Shown piece after piece: positions 29,058 through 38,599 of a stretch of DNA of 57,729 nt. Every line of letters begins with the position of its first letter. Within the stretch, counting starts at the first letter, position 1. The notes beneath the pieces are model-generated. The model had not been told where the DNA came from. It worked only from the letters and a program-made list of their open reading frames with translations, and did not search any database. The position numbers and the translations under genes are program-made. Origin of the DNA: Gemmatimonadales bacterium. Lineage in GTDB: Bacteria > Gemmatimonadota > Gemmatimonadetes > Gemmatimonadales > GWC2-71-9. The stretch covers positions 1-57,729 of the forward strand of contig JAICUF010000004.1 in assembly GCA_025935995.1 (NCBI GenBank), in the 5' to 3' direction.

Positions 29058-31828
29058 AAGAGCAGCTCGAATCCTATCCGGGCGATGCGCGGGGGACCGT
29101 AGGCGAAGATCGGCTGCGTGTAGTCCCGGGCCGCGGCCTGGTAGAGCGGCAGCAGCTCCGCCTGGCCCTCGATGATTCCGTCGCCGTTGAGATCGGCGTC
29201 CGCGCGGTACCTCGGCGATTCGTACGGAATGCCCTCGGGGTGCGCGGTGTATGCGGCGCGGGCCATGACCGCGATGATCGTATCGCTCGCCATGGGCGAG
29301 CCGGTATCGCGGCGCACCGCGACCACGTTCCGGCGGTTGAGCAGGTTCCGCGCGTCCAGATACACGCTGCCGGCCACGCCGCCGATCCGGAGCGGCCGCC
29401 GTACCAGGAGATCGATCGTGGAGGTGGCCGGAAGGCGCGAGCCGTTGGGCCCGCCCAGGAGCGTGTCGGTCCCGAAGTCGTGCCGCGTGTACGGCAGGCC
29501 CGAGAGATACCGGCCGATCACGGCGGCCTCGAGGCCGGCCAGCGGGCGCACGCCAAGGAGGCGCGGGCCCGCCACGGGAGTCGTCTGGCCGCGCAGTACC
29601 AGCGTGAGGCTGTGGCGCCGGTCGTAGTCGAGGGGGAACTCGACCTTGGCCGGGAAGGTCGTGTCGTGCGTCAGCGGATCCACCGTGATGGTGCGGCGAA
29701 GCAGGAAGGCGCTGGTCGAGGTGGCCTGCGCGCGCTGCAGCGCGTACGACACCTTGATCCCCCACCCGTCCTTCACCTCGCGGTCGAGCAGGATTTCGGC
29801 GCCCTGCACGGTGCCGACGTCGTCGTTGCCGAAGAACGACGAATCGGGATCGGTGCCGAGCGGCACCGACGACACCAGGTTCTGCAGCCGCTTCACGAAC
29901 ACGCCGCCCCGGAGCGAAATGCCCGCGCGCGGCCGGGCGCGAACGCTCAGCTCGTACTGCCACGACCGCTCGAAGCCGAGGTCGGGGTTGCCCTGGCGGA
30001 AACGTCCGGTGCGGGTGGTATCGTCGAAGGCGGCATCCACCAGGTACTGGTAGTCGGGCGGCTGCGTGAAGCTGCCGATGCTGGCGACGACGGTCGCTCC
30101 CTTGAGCACCGTGGACACCGCGACGCGCGGGTTGAGCTTCTGCGACGCCCCGCCGGTGCGGCCCGGCAGATCCGACCGGGTGTCGAAGCGGTCGTAGCGG
30201 ACGCCGGCAGTGAGCGCAACGTCGCTCGCCCGGAACTGGGTCTCCACGTAGCCGGCGGAGGCAAGCGGCGTGAAGGTCGAGGCCGTCGCCGCGGGCACGC
30301 TGTCGCTCACCGGGAGGTATCCCAGGACGCGCTGGAAGGTGCGCACGCTCTGCCGCACCACCTGCCCGCCGAAGAAGAGGTCCGCGCGCGATCCCAGACC
30401 CAGCGTGAAGTCGAGCTGGCTTCGGAGCTCGCCGAACCGGTTCCACGCCACGTCGCCCCGCGAAGCGCCGCCCAGGAAGAAGGCGGGCACGCCCCACGGC
30501 GAATTGTCGCTCGATTCCGGCCGGCCGAAGCCGGCGATGCCGCCCCGCGCGTCCGCGGTGTCCTGCGCGCGCGCCACGTCCTCCCCCACGAAGTGGAAGG
30601 TGCTCCCGGTGAAGGCCCCGGCCTTGAAGTCGGGCTGCTCGACCAGCTCGCCCCGCAGGAACTCACGCTGGAACCACGCGACCCGGAGGTCCGCGACGAG
30701 CGGCGTGCGGGCCGACGGGCCACTCGTGTGCTGGAGGTGAACGCTCCCCAGCGTGCCGGCCGTCCGGCTGCCGGGCGCGAACGATTCGTCGTACTTGAAC
30801 GCCGGATCGTAGAGCAGCCGCTGCTCGATCGACCGCAGGCCGAAGAGCCGGAGCGTCTCGTGGCCGCCGAACGGAATCGTGAGCTTGCCGGCGAAGTTGA
30901 GCTGCTCACCGCTGTTGTGCGGCAGCATGTGCGGGTTGTCGTTCCTGGGGTCGAGCGGATCGGTCGGCGCGGGCGCGTTGACCGGATCGGCATCCAGTCG
31001 TCCCGTGAGATCCACCGAGGCGAGCGCGGTCACGCCGCCGGCGATCGGCCCGTCGGCCTCGAGGACGACGCGGTCGAGACCGAGGTCGAGCGACTGGCCG
31101 AACGGGCGGTCGGTCTCGTACGCGGCGCGTCCCGCCCACCGCCGGCCCCCATCCTTGGTGACGACGTTGATCATGCCCGACAGCGCCTGCCCGTAGCGCG
31201 CCGAGAACCCGTTGGTGACGAGCGACGCCTCGGTGAGGATGTCGGGCGGGATGCGGAGGCCGAGGCCGCCGGTCGAGGCGTCGAGCTGATTCTTGACGCC
31301 GAGTCCGTCGATGATGAACGACTCCTGTCCGAGCCGGCCGCCCCGATAGCTCTCGCCCACGGCGCCCGCGGAGAGGGCGACCGCCTCCTCGAGGGAGCTC
31401 ACGGGGAGCTGCCGGAGATCCTGCGCCGTGATCGTCTGCTCGGTGGCCGTGGCCAGGGGATCGAGGATCGGATCCTTGCTGGCGACCACCACGGGCGCGA
31501 GCTGCACCGTCTCCGACCGGAGCACCGGATCGAGCACCGTCGTCTGGCCGGCGAGGACCGAGACGCTGTCGCGGCTGAAGGGCTGATATCCGATCGCGCG
31601 CGTCTCGACCCGGTAGGTCCCGCTTCGTAGCTCGCGGATCCGGAAGGCGCCGCTCGTGTCGGTGGTGGCGCCGCGCCGGCCCCCTTCGACCGTGACGAGT
31701 GCGTTGGCGATGCCGCGGCCGGTCGAGGCGTCGCGCACATGACCGCTCAGGGCGCCGCTCGCCTGCGCGGCGAGCGGAAGCGGGGCGGCGGCGAGGGCGG
31801 ACAGCAGCAGGACGCGGACACGGGTCAT
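29054..31828 (-). CDS. TonB-dependent receptor with N-terminal carboxypeptidase-regulatory-like domain (924 aa)
   Basis: Signal peptide ending AAQ; SGHVRD..TG, TTD..GAF, GTY, IGY; plug RGG..IDG, GFSARYGQALSG.IN.VTK; GVRYD, NPDL..E, NLLN; C-terminal GFELLF. Confidence 0.88.
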   Translation of the reverse strand: MTRVRVLLLSALAAAPLPLAAQASGALSGHVRDASTGRGIANALVTVEGGRRGATTDTSGAFRIRELRSGTYRVETRAIGYQPFSRDSVSVLAGQTTVLDPVLRSETVQLAPVVVASKDPILDPLATATEQTITAQDLRQLPVSSLEEAVALSAGAVGESYRGGRLGQESFIIDGLGVKNQLDASTGGLGLRIPPDILTEASLVTNGFSARYGQALSGMINVVTKDGGRRWAGRAAYETDRPFGQSLDLGLDRVVLEADGPIAGGVTALASVDLTGRLDADPVNAPAPTDPLDPRNDNPHMLPHNSGEQLNFAGKLTIPFGGHETLRLFGLRSIEQRLLYDPAFKYDESFAPGSRTAGTLGSVHLQHTSGPSARTPLVADLRVAWFQREFLRGELVEQPDFKAGAFTGSTFHFVGEDVARAQDTADARGGIAGFGRPESSDNSPWGVPAFFLGGASRGDVAWNRFGELRSQLDFTLGLGSRADLFFGGQVVRQSVRTFQRVLGYLPVSDSVPAATASTFTPLASAGYVETQFRASDVALTAGVRYDRFDTRSDLPGRTGGASQKLNPRVAVSTVLKGATVVASIGSFTQPPDYQYLVDAAFDDTTRTGRFRQGNPDLGFERSWQYELSVRARPRAGISLRGGVFVKRLQNLVSSVPLGTDPDSSFFGNDDVGTVQGAEILLDREVKDGWGIKVSYALQRAQATSTSAFLLRRTITVDPLTHDTTFPAKVEFPLDYDRRHSLTLVLRGQTTPVAGPRLLGVRPLAGLEAAVIGRYLSGLPYTRHDFGTDTLLGGPNGSRLPATSTIDLLVRRPLRIGGVAGSVYLDARNLLNRRNVVAVRRDTGSPMASDTIIAVMARAAYTAHPEGIPYESPRYRADADLNGDGIIEGQAELLPLYQAAARDYTQPIFAYGPPRIARIGFELLF

Positions 31829-31845
31829 CGCGAAGCTCCGGGCGT

Positions 31846-32973
31846 TCACGGGAGGTCGAACAGCCACAGGTCGGGCCGGTGGTTGATGGCGGTGAAATCG
31901 GACTGCGCCTGCTGATGCACGGGCACCCGCGGCGACGCCTCGACGACGAAACGGCTTCCGTCGGGCGCGATCGCCGGTCGCCGGAACAGCGTGGGGTCGA
32001 GATGCACCATGCTCACCGTGCCGGCGTCGAGGTCCACGATGGCGAGATCGCCGCCCTCGTCGCGCTGCACGAATCCGTGCGCATCCTCGTAGCCGTAGAG
32101 CACGCTGCCGTCGATCACTGCGACGAGATGCCTGCCCGAGACCTGCGGGTCGCGCACGATGTGGCCGGCGCCGAAATCGAAGAGCACGTCCCGGGCGCCC
32201 GTCGCGAGCGACTGGCGGTACACCCGGGAGTCGCCGCCCAGGGTGAAGTAGATGACGTCCGGATCGGCCGGGTCCACGCCGACTCCCGACGCGTAATCGG
32301 TGCCGGGTACCACGGTGAGCGCCGCGGCCGGACCGCGCACGTCGCCGACCACGACGTCCAGCCCGGTGTAGAAGGTGTCGGGAAGAAAGGTCGACCCCTC
32401 GTAGAAGAGCATCTGGCCCAGGTAGACGATCCGTCCCGGTCCGGCCCAGCTGATCTCGGAGATGGACGAATGCGTGCGGCCGTTGCTCGCGAAATAGGGA
32501 ATCGGCGAGATCTCGCGGGCGCCGGCGAACGGCTCCGCCACGGTCCCGAGCACGAGCGCCTGACGGGGGCCCTTCTGCAGGCCGATCCACGATCGCGCGA
32601 GCGTGTAGACGAGGGCGCCGTCGGGGCCGGCCGCCGGCGACTCGTAGCGATCGGTGCTGTCGTCGAGCGCCACCGACTGGAGATTGCAGGTGCGCCGCGT
32701 GATCGTGCCGCCGGTCGGCGGCAGGAACTCGAGGCAGCGGTCGTGATCCCGCCGGTTGAGCTGCTCGCTCGAGTAGATGATGGCGCTGCCGTCCGGCAGC
32801 CAGCTCGCCGTGCGGTCGTCGCCGGTGCTGTAGGTGATGCGGGCGGGGGAGCCGGCGGTGAGCGGGGCGACGGTGTGCTGATCCGCCGGTTCGAAGGGGC
32901 GCGCATGATCACACGCGAGCGCGCCGGCGACCACGAGCGCGAAGACCGGAGCGGCGCGGGGGCCGGCCGTCAC
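31846..32973 (-). CDS. lipoprotein, TolB-like beta-propeller (375 aa)
   Basis: ALA-C lipobox; WLPDGS, PAAGPDG, PAIAPDG repeats; GTGA overlap with its paralog. Confidence 0.72.
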   Translation of the reverse strand: MTAGPRAAPVFALVVAGALACDHARPFEPADQHTVAPLTAGSPARITYSTGDDRTASWLPDGSAIIYSSEQLNRRDHDRCLEFLPPTGGTITRRTCNLQSVALDDSTDRYESPAAGPDGALVYTLARSWIGLQKGPRQALVLGTVAEPFAGAREISPIPYFASNGRTHSSISEISWAGPGRIVYLGQMLFYEGSTFLPDTFYTGLDVVVGDVRGPAAALTVVPGTDYASGVGVDPADPDVIYFTLGGDSRVYRQSLATGARDVLFDFGAGHIVRDPQVSGRHLVAVIDGSVLYGYEDAHGFVQRDEGGDLAIVDLDAGTVSMVHLDPTLFRRPAIAPDGSRFVVEASPRVPVHQQAQSDFTAINHRPDLWLFDLP

Positions 32974-34097
32974 TGAAGGGGGAATTTCCACAGCGTCGGC
33001 ACGCCGGTGACCGCGGTGTCCGCGTGGGCGACGCCGCCCGACGTGAACGACACGATCGACAGAGCGGAGCCTTCCGCCACGACGCTCGCGCCGTCGGGCG
33101 CCAGCGCGGGATTCCGGAACACGGTCGCGGGAATGGCGAGCTCGACCGTCGTCCCCGCGTCGAGGTTCACGACGAAGAGGCGGCCGCCGGCGTCCTGCTG
33201 CAGCGGCGCGCCGGAGCCGTCGTCCAGGATACGCACCAGGCCGCCGGCGACCGCCACGAGCAGGTTTCCCGCCGCGTGCACGTCGCGCACGACTCCCTCG
33301 GCGCCGAAGTCGTGCACGACGGTGGCGCCGCCGCCGAGCGGCGCGCGGAAGACCTGGCTCGCGCCGGCGACGGTGTAGAAGACGTCCGTCGAGCCGGGCA
33401 CCGGCGCGACCGAGCTGGCCCAGTCGGTGCCGGGCACGGAGACGACGCCGGGGCCGCCGAGATTCGCGACGAGGACCCGGCGGCCGCTTCGCACGAGCAC
33501 CGGATCGGAGAGGCAGAGAGGCGGATCGGGACATTGCACGCTCGTGTCGACGAGCCCCAGCATCACGATCTGCTGCTGGGTGAGCCATCCAAGATCCGCC
33601 GCCGCGACGAAGAAGCTGCCGTCGTCGCCCTGGAACGGCAGCGACCGCAGCACCGTGATGCTGCTGGGCGAGGCCAGCGGCGCCGTGACCAGCGCTGCCC
33701 GCTGGTCGGTCGTGGCGGCGCGGGGGCGCGAGGAGCGCACGTAGGCGATCGTGCTGCCATCCGGCGACACCGCGGGCCACCCGAAGGTGTCGGTCGAGTC
33801 GCCGCTGAAGGGATTGCGGTTGCAGATCTCGGCCGTCAGCGTGCCGCCGCCGGCGGGCATCACGCCCAGACACTGGTCGCGGTCGAGGCGGGCCTCGGGA
33901 TTGCCGAACGCGTATGCGAATGCGGAGCCGTCCGGCAGCCAGGCGGGCGTGACGCTGCCGACCGGATTGTAGGTGAGACGGGCGGGCGTGGCGGCGACGA
34001 GCGGGCCGGAGCTGCTCGGGTCGTGCGGCGCGAAGGCATCGCTGTGCGAGCAGGCGGCAAGGAGCGTAACGCAACCGGCGAGCGCCAGTCTCATCAT
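32970..34097 (-). CDS. lipoprotein, TolB-like beta-propeller (375 aa), paralog of the downstream gene
   Basis: GAGG SD; LLAA-C lipobox; PAWLPDGS, PAVSPDG, PALAPDG repeats. Confidence 0.75.
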   Translation of the reverse strand: MMRLALAGCVTLLAACSHSDAFAPHDPSSSGPLVAATPARLTYNPVGSVTPAWLPDGSAFAYAFGNPEARLDRDQCLGVMPAGGGTLTAEICNRNPFSGDSTDTFGWPAVSPDGSTIAYVRSSRPRAATTDQRAALVTAPLASPSSITVLRSLPFQGDDGSFFVAAADLGWLTQQQIVMLGLVDTSVQCPDPPLCLSDPVLVRSGRRVLVANLGGPGVVSVPGTDWASSVAPVPGSTDVFYTVAGASQVFRAPLGGGATVVHDFGAEGVVRDVHAAGNLLVAVAGGLVRILDDGSGAPLQQDAGGRLFVVNLDAGTTVELAIPATVFRNPALAPDGASVVAEGSALSIVSFTSGGVAHADTAVTGVPTLWKFPLQ

Positions 34098-34243
34098 GGG
34101 CGGTCCTCGTCGTGGCCGGAATGTGTCGTGGGTGACGCCGCGGCGGGCCGAGCACGCACAACGCTCCCGATAAGAAGCCGCCGATTCCGCCCCGCCGCAA
34201 GCAGCGTCTTGCCGTTCGCCGTGGCGGGTTAGATTTGTCCGAC

Positions 34244-35671
34244 ATGATCTTCCGCCGATTCTACGACGCGAAGCTGGCGCAGGCGAGCTACCTCATCGGG
34301 TGCGCGCGCACCGGTGAAGCCCTCGTCGTCGACGCCAATCGCGAGTACGAGCAGTACGTCGAGGCCGCGCGGGTCGAAAACCTGCGCGTCTCGTGGGTGA
34401 CCGAGACGCACATCCACGCCGACTTCGTCTCCGGCAGCCGCGAGCTCGCCGCGCACACCGGGGCCCAGCTCCTGCTCTCGGACGCCGGTGGAAGCGAATG
34501 GCGGTACAGCTACGCGACCGAGGCGGGGGCGCGGCTGCTGGCCGACGGCAGCAGCTTCAACGTCGGCGCCATCCGGATCGACGTGCTGCACACCCCCGGG
34601 CACACCCCGGAACATCTCACCTTCCTGGTCACCGACACCGCCGCCGGCGACCAGCCGATGGGTGCCCTCACCGGCGACTTCGTCTTCGTGGGCGACGTCG
34701 GCCGGCCCGACCTGCTCGAGCGGGCCGTCAAGGTCGCGGGCACGATGGAGCAGTCGGCCCGGCAGCTCTACACCTCGCTCCAGCGCTTCCGCCAGCTGCC
34801 GGGCTACCTCCAGATCTGGCCGGGGCACGGCGCGGGATCCGCCTGCGGCAAGTCGCTGAGCGCGGTGCCGCAGAGCACGCTGGGCTACGAATCGCTCACC
34901 AACTGGGCCTTTGGCGTCGACAGCGAGGGCGAGTTCATCGGCATGGTGCTGCAGGGGCAGCCCGACCCGCCGACCTACTTCGCGGTGATGAAGGCCCTCA
35001 ACCGGATGGGGCCGCCGCTCCGCGGAGCGCTGCAGCATCCGCTCCGCGTGAGCGTCGAGCGCCTGGCCGACGCGGTCACGGGCGGCGCCTTCGTGATCGA
35101 CACGCGCCCGGCGGCGGCCTTTGCCGCGGGCCACCTTCCCGGCTCCGTCAACATCCCGCTCGACCGCAGCTTCAGCACGTGGGCCGGCTGGATCGCGCCG
35201 TACGACCGGGACATCTACCTCATTGCCGACGAGCGCGGCCGCGCCATCGATGACGCGCTCCACGATCTCTCGCTCATCGGCCTCGATCGCATCGCCGGCT
35301 ACGCCGGGAGCCAGGAGCTCGAGCGCTGGGCGGCCGGGCATCCGGCCGGGACGGTGCGGCAGGTGACCGCGGCCGATTTGGCCGAGCGGCTCCGCGCCGG
35401 TGATGTGCAGGTGCTCGATGTGCGGGCGGAGCACGAGTTCGCCGGGGGGCGGGTGCCGGGCGCGCTCAACATTCCGGTCGGCCAGCTGCCCGGCCGGCTC
35501 GACGCGGTCCCCCGCGATCGCACCGTCGTGGTGCAGTGCCAGTCGGGCGGGCGCTCGGCGATCGCGGCGAGCGTGCTCGCGGCGAGCGGATTCCGCAACG
35601 TCGTGAATCTCGCCGGCGGGCTCAACGGTTGGAAAGCCGCCGGGTTTCCGGTCGCCTCCAGCGCCGCCTGA
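34244..35671 (+). CDS. MBL-fold persulfide dioxygenase-like protein fused to two rhodanese domains (CstB/Blh-like)
   Basis: [45 protein letters not shown]-terminal CQSGGRS. Confidence 0.9.
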   Translation: MIFRRFYDAKLAQASYLIGCARTGEALVVDANREYEQYVEAARVENLRVSWVTETHIHADFVSGSRELAAHTGAQLLLSDAGGSEWRYSYATEAGARLLADGSSFNVGAIRIDVLHTPGHTPEHLTFLVTDTAAGDQPMGALTGDFVFVGDVGRPDLLERAVKVAGTMEQSARQLYTSLQRFRQLPGYLQIWPGHGAGSACGKSLSAVPQSTLGYESLTNWAFGVDSEGEFIGMVLQGQPDPPTYFAVMKALNRMGPPLRGALQHPLRVSVERLADAVTGGAFVIDTRPAAAFAAGHLPGSVNIPLDRSFSTWAGWIAPYDRDIYLIADERGRAIDDALHDLSLIGLDRIAGYAGSQELERWAAGHPAGTVRQVTAADLAERLRAGDVQVLDVRAEHEFAGGRVPGALNIPVGQLPGRLDAVPRDRTVVVQCQSGGRSAIAASVLAASGFRNVVNLAGGLNGWKAAGFPVASSAA

Positions 35672-35709
35672 GCGGCGCCGCGCGGCCATCCTCAGGGGAG
35701 GAGGGTCCG

Positions 35710-36153
35710 ATGCTCAAGGAGTTCAAGGCGTTCGCGATGCGCGGGAACGTGCTCGACCTGGCCGTGGGCTTCATTCTGGGCGGCGCGTTCGGCACGATCG
35801 TGAAGTCGCTGGTGGACGACGTCATCATGCCGCCGATCGGACTCGCGCTGGGGCACGTGGACTTCAAGAACCTCTTCGCGGTGCTCAAGGCCGGGAAGAC
35901 GCCCGGTCCCTACGCCTCGCTGGCCGACGCACAGGCCGCGGGCGCGGTGACGGTGAACTACGGGCTGTTCATCAACAGCATCATCATCTTCCTCATCGTC
36001 GCGTTCGCCGTCTTCCTGATCGTTCGCGCGGCCAACCGGCTGAGCCCGGCGGAGGCGGTCGCGCCGACGACGAAGGATTGCCAGTTCTGCCGCCGGCCGA
36101 TCCCGATCGGGGCGGTGCGCTGTCCGGAGTGCACGTCGCAGCTCGCGGCCTGA
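35710..36153 (+). CDS. mscL: large-conductance mechanosensitive channel with C-terminal CxxC-CxxC tail
   Basis: [44 protein letters not shown]. Confidence 0.95.
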   Translation: MLKEFKAFAMRGNVLDLAVGFILGGAFGTIVKSLVDDVIMPPIGLALGHVDFKNLFAVLKAGKTPGPYASLADAQAAGAVTVNYGLFINSIIIFLIVAFAVFLIVRAANRLSPAEAVAPTTKDCQFCRRPIPIGAVRCPECTSQLAA

Positions 36154-36184
36154 GCCGGTCCGGCGGGGCGGGAGGGGCCGGGGC

Positions 36185-36219
36185 TTGCGCGGGCGCCGCG
36201 TCGGCTTTACAGTATAAAG
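36185..36219 (+). promoter_or_regulatory. sigma70 promoter with overlapping palindromic operator (copy 1)
   Basis: TTGCGC-N17-TACAGT; palindrome CTTTA-CAGTA-TAAAG at 36205-36219. Confidence 0.7.
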
Positions 36220-36224
36220 TGACT

Positions 36225-36830
36225 ATGGCGTCCCCCCGTCCGCTTCCGCCCCCCGTCGATCCGCCCGCGCTCCACGCGCGGGCGATGGACAACCTCACGT
36301 TCATCCGCGACGCCATGGAGCGCGCCACGGCCTTCACGGCGGTGCCGGGCTGGGGTGCGGTCGTGATGGGGGTGAGCGCACTGGCGGCGAGCGCGCTCGC
36401 GGCCGGCCGCGGCGGGGACCGCTGGCTTGGCGTGTGGCTGGCGGAGGCACTCGTCGCGGCCGGGATCGGAGCGGCGGCGGTGGTCCACAAGTCGCGTTCC
36501 GCCCGCACCGCGGTCCTCTCACGGCCCGCGCGGCGGTTCCTCCTCAGCTACCTCCCGCCCATCGCGGTCGGTGCGCTGCTCACCGCGGTGCTCTACCGCG
36601 GCGGGCTCTGGCGGATGCTGCCGGGCACCTGGCTTCTCCTCTACGGCACCGGCGTCGTCACCGGCGGCGCCTTCTCGGTCCGCGTCGTCCCGATCATGGG
36701 CCTCTGCTTCATGGCGGCCGGCGCGGTCGCGCTCCTGCTTCCGGCCTGGGGCACCGCGTGGATGGCGTTCGGCTTCGGTCTCCTCCACATCGTCTTCGGC
36801 CTCGTGATCGCGCGGAGGTATGGTGGCTAG
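36225..36830 (+). CDS. multi-pass membrane protein, function unknown
   Basis: AMDNLTFIRDAMERA amphipathic start then about 6 TM helices (WLLLYG, FGLLHIVFG); in-frame GTG 36219 is an alternative start. Confidence 0.85.
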   Translation: MASPRPLPPPVDPPALHARAMDNLTFIRDAMERATAFTAVPGWGAVVMGVSALAASALAAGRGGDRWLGVWLAEALVAAGIGAAAVVHKSRSARTAVLSRPARRFLLSYLPPIAVGALLTAVLYRGGLWRMLPGTWLLLYGTGVVTGGAFSVRVVPIMGLCFMAAGAVALLLPAWGTAWMAFGFGLLHIVFGLVIARRYGG

Positions 36831-37215
36831 GGCCGGCGCCGCCCGGCGCGAGGGCGAGCAGCCGGCGCGCGGCTCGGCCGCGCCTCCGCTGGCGGGCGTG
36901 GCCGGCGGCGGGGAAGGGGCCGCGCTCGACCTCGATCGCCTGATCCACGAGCGGATGCGGCTCGCCATCGTGAGTGCGCTGGCCGTGAACGAGTCCCTCG
37001 CCTTCAACGATCTCAAGCGCCTGCTCGAGACGACCGACGGCAACCTGAGCGTGCACGCGCGGAAGCTCGAGGAAGCCGGGTACATCGCCTGCGCCAAGTC
37101 GTTCGAGGGACGGCTGCCGCGGACCGAGTACCGGCTCACGCGCGCCGGCCGCACCGCGCTGGCCCGTTACCTCGACCACATGGAGGCGATCATCCGGGCC
37201 ACCCGGGATCGCTGA
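36820..37215 (+). CDS. winged-helix transcriptional regulator (ArsR/MarR-like, HTH_34 type)
   Basis: LDRLIHERMRLAIVSAL, F.DLK.LL.TTDGNLS.H.RKLEEAGY, PRTEY.LT..GR. Confidence 0.9.
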   Translation: MVARAGAARREGEQPARGSAAPPLAGVAGGGEGAALDLDRLIHERMRLAIVSALAVNESLAFNDLKRLLETTDGNLSVHARKLEEAGYIACAKSFEGRLPRTEYRLTRAGRTALARYLDHMEAIIRATRDR

Positions 37216-37240
37216 GGCGCGCTCTTTTTTTGGGGAGTTA

Positions 37241-37255
37241 CTTTACAATGCAAAG
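37241..37255 (+). promoter_or_regulatory. palindromic operator (copy 2) overlapping the uppS start codon
   Basis: CTTTACAATGCAAAG, 12/15 identical to copy 1. Confidence 0.65.
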
Positions 37256-38000
37256 AACTTGGCAGGAGCCCGAAGCGGCCGGCCTGCACGTCGGGGTCAT
37301 CATGGACGGGAACGGCCGCTGGGCCACCGCGCGCGGGCTGCCGCGCGCCGCGGGCCACCGCGAGGGCGCCGACGCGGTGCGCCGGCTGGTCGAATCGGCG
37401 CCCGCCACCGGCATCGGCACGCTCACGCTCTTTGCCTTCTCGAGCGACAACTGGCGCCGGCCCGGCCGCGAGGTGCAGTGGCTGCTCCGGCTCTTCCGCG
37501 AGCACCTGCGGACGGAAACCGCGCGCTGCGTCGTGACCGGCGTCCGCCTGAACGTGATCGGCCGCCGCGACCGGATGCCGCGATCGCTCGCCGCCGCCGT
37601 CGGCGCCGCGGAATCGGCCACCGCCGCCGGTCGCCGTCTCCACCTCCGGATCGCCATCGACTATTCCGCTCGCGACGCGATTCTCCGGGCGGCGCAGTGC
37701 CTGCCGCCGGACGCGGTGCCGAGCCGGGACTCCTTCGCCCGGCTGCTGTCGATCGTGGACCACGCCCCGCCGGCCCCGCCGGTCGATCTGCTCATCCGCA
37801 CCGGTGGAGAGCAGCGCCTCAGCGACTTCCTGCTCTGGGAATGCGCCTACGCCGAGCTCCATTTCACCCCGCGAATGTGGCCCGACTTCGACCACGCCGA
37901 TCTGGCCCGTGCACTCGCCGACTTCCACGGCCGCGAGCGGCGCTTCGGCGCGCTCCCCGGCACAGCGCCAGACCTTCAACCCATCGCCGGGAGGATCTGA
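37248..38000 (+). CDS. uppS: cis-prenyltransferase (undecaprenyl diphosphate synthase family)
   Basis: HVGVIMDGNGRWA, FAFSSDNWRRP..EV, DLLIRTGGEQRLSDFLLW, WPDF, RERRFG. Confidence 0.92.
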   Translation: MQRTWQEPEAAGLHVGVIMDGNGRWATARGLPRAAGHREGADAVRRLVESAPATGIGTLTLFAFSSDNWRRPGREVQWLLRLFREHLRTETARCVVTGVRLNVIGRRDRMPRSLAAAVGAAESATAAGRRLHLRIAIDYSARDAILRAAQCLPPDAVPSRDSFARLLSIVDHAPPAPPVDLLIRTGGEQRLSDFLLWECAYAELHFTPRMWPDFDHADLARALADFHGRERRFGALPGTAPDLQPIAGRI

Positions 38001-38599
38001 TGCTCGAGCAGTCGCTTCGTCTTCTCGGACTCGCGGGATTCCTGCTCACGGCGCTCGTCGTGACGGCGGGTCTCGTGGTGTCCGTCTTCGCCGCGTTCAG
38101 TGGCCGCCCGCGGCTCCTCATCGTGACGTCGGTGGTGGTGACGTCCTGGCTCGCCTGCTACGCGATGGCGCTCGTGCTCGGACCGGTGCTCACCGCGCGC
38201 CAGGCCCTCGCCCGCGGGGAGGAGCTGCACTTCTGCGGCCTCGACTGTCACCTGCACGTCTCGATCGTGCGCGTGACGCGTGATCACGACCTCGTCGTCA
38301 CCATCCGCTTCCGGAGCGACGCCAAGGCCGCTCCCGAGTTCCCCTCGCACCTCAGCATGCGTATCGTGGACGCCGACGGGAAGGAATACGCGCCGGTGAC
38401 GGTGCGGTCATGGCCTCCGCTACCGGCAGGCGCGTCGTACGAGCGCGACGTTCGCTTCGCGCTGCCGCCGAACGCCGGGGCGGATCGCCTGATCGCCACC
38501 TGGGGCGACTGGCAGGATTATCTGGTGCCCGGACCGGAGAACGCGCTGGTGCAGCAGCGGCGCGCGCTTCGCCTCGATCTCAGCGGCCGCCCCGCATGA
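38000..38599 (+). CDS. membrane-anchored protein with a beta-rich soluble domain, function unknown
   Basis: GGGAGG SD, TGATG overlap; two N-terminal TM helices; FCGLDCH motif. Confidence 0.75.
   Translation: MLEQSLRLLGLAGFLLTALVVTAGLVVSVFAAFSGRPRLLIVTSVVVTSWLACYAMALVLGPVLTARQALARGEELHFCGLDCHLHVSIVRVTRDHDLVVTIRFRSDAKAAPEFPSHLSMRIVDADGKEYAPVTVRSWPPLPAGASYERDVRFALPPNAGADRLIATWGDWQDYLVPGPENALVQQRRALRLDLSGRPA

Noticed and set aside
37214-37231. T7 run after the wHTH gene as an intrinsic terminator
   Set aside because: The preceding stem is only about 3 bp, too weak to call; noted only as context for the operator.
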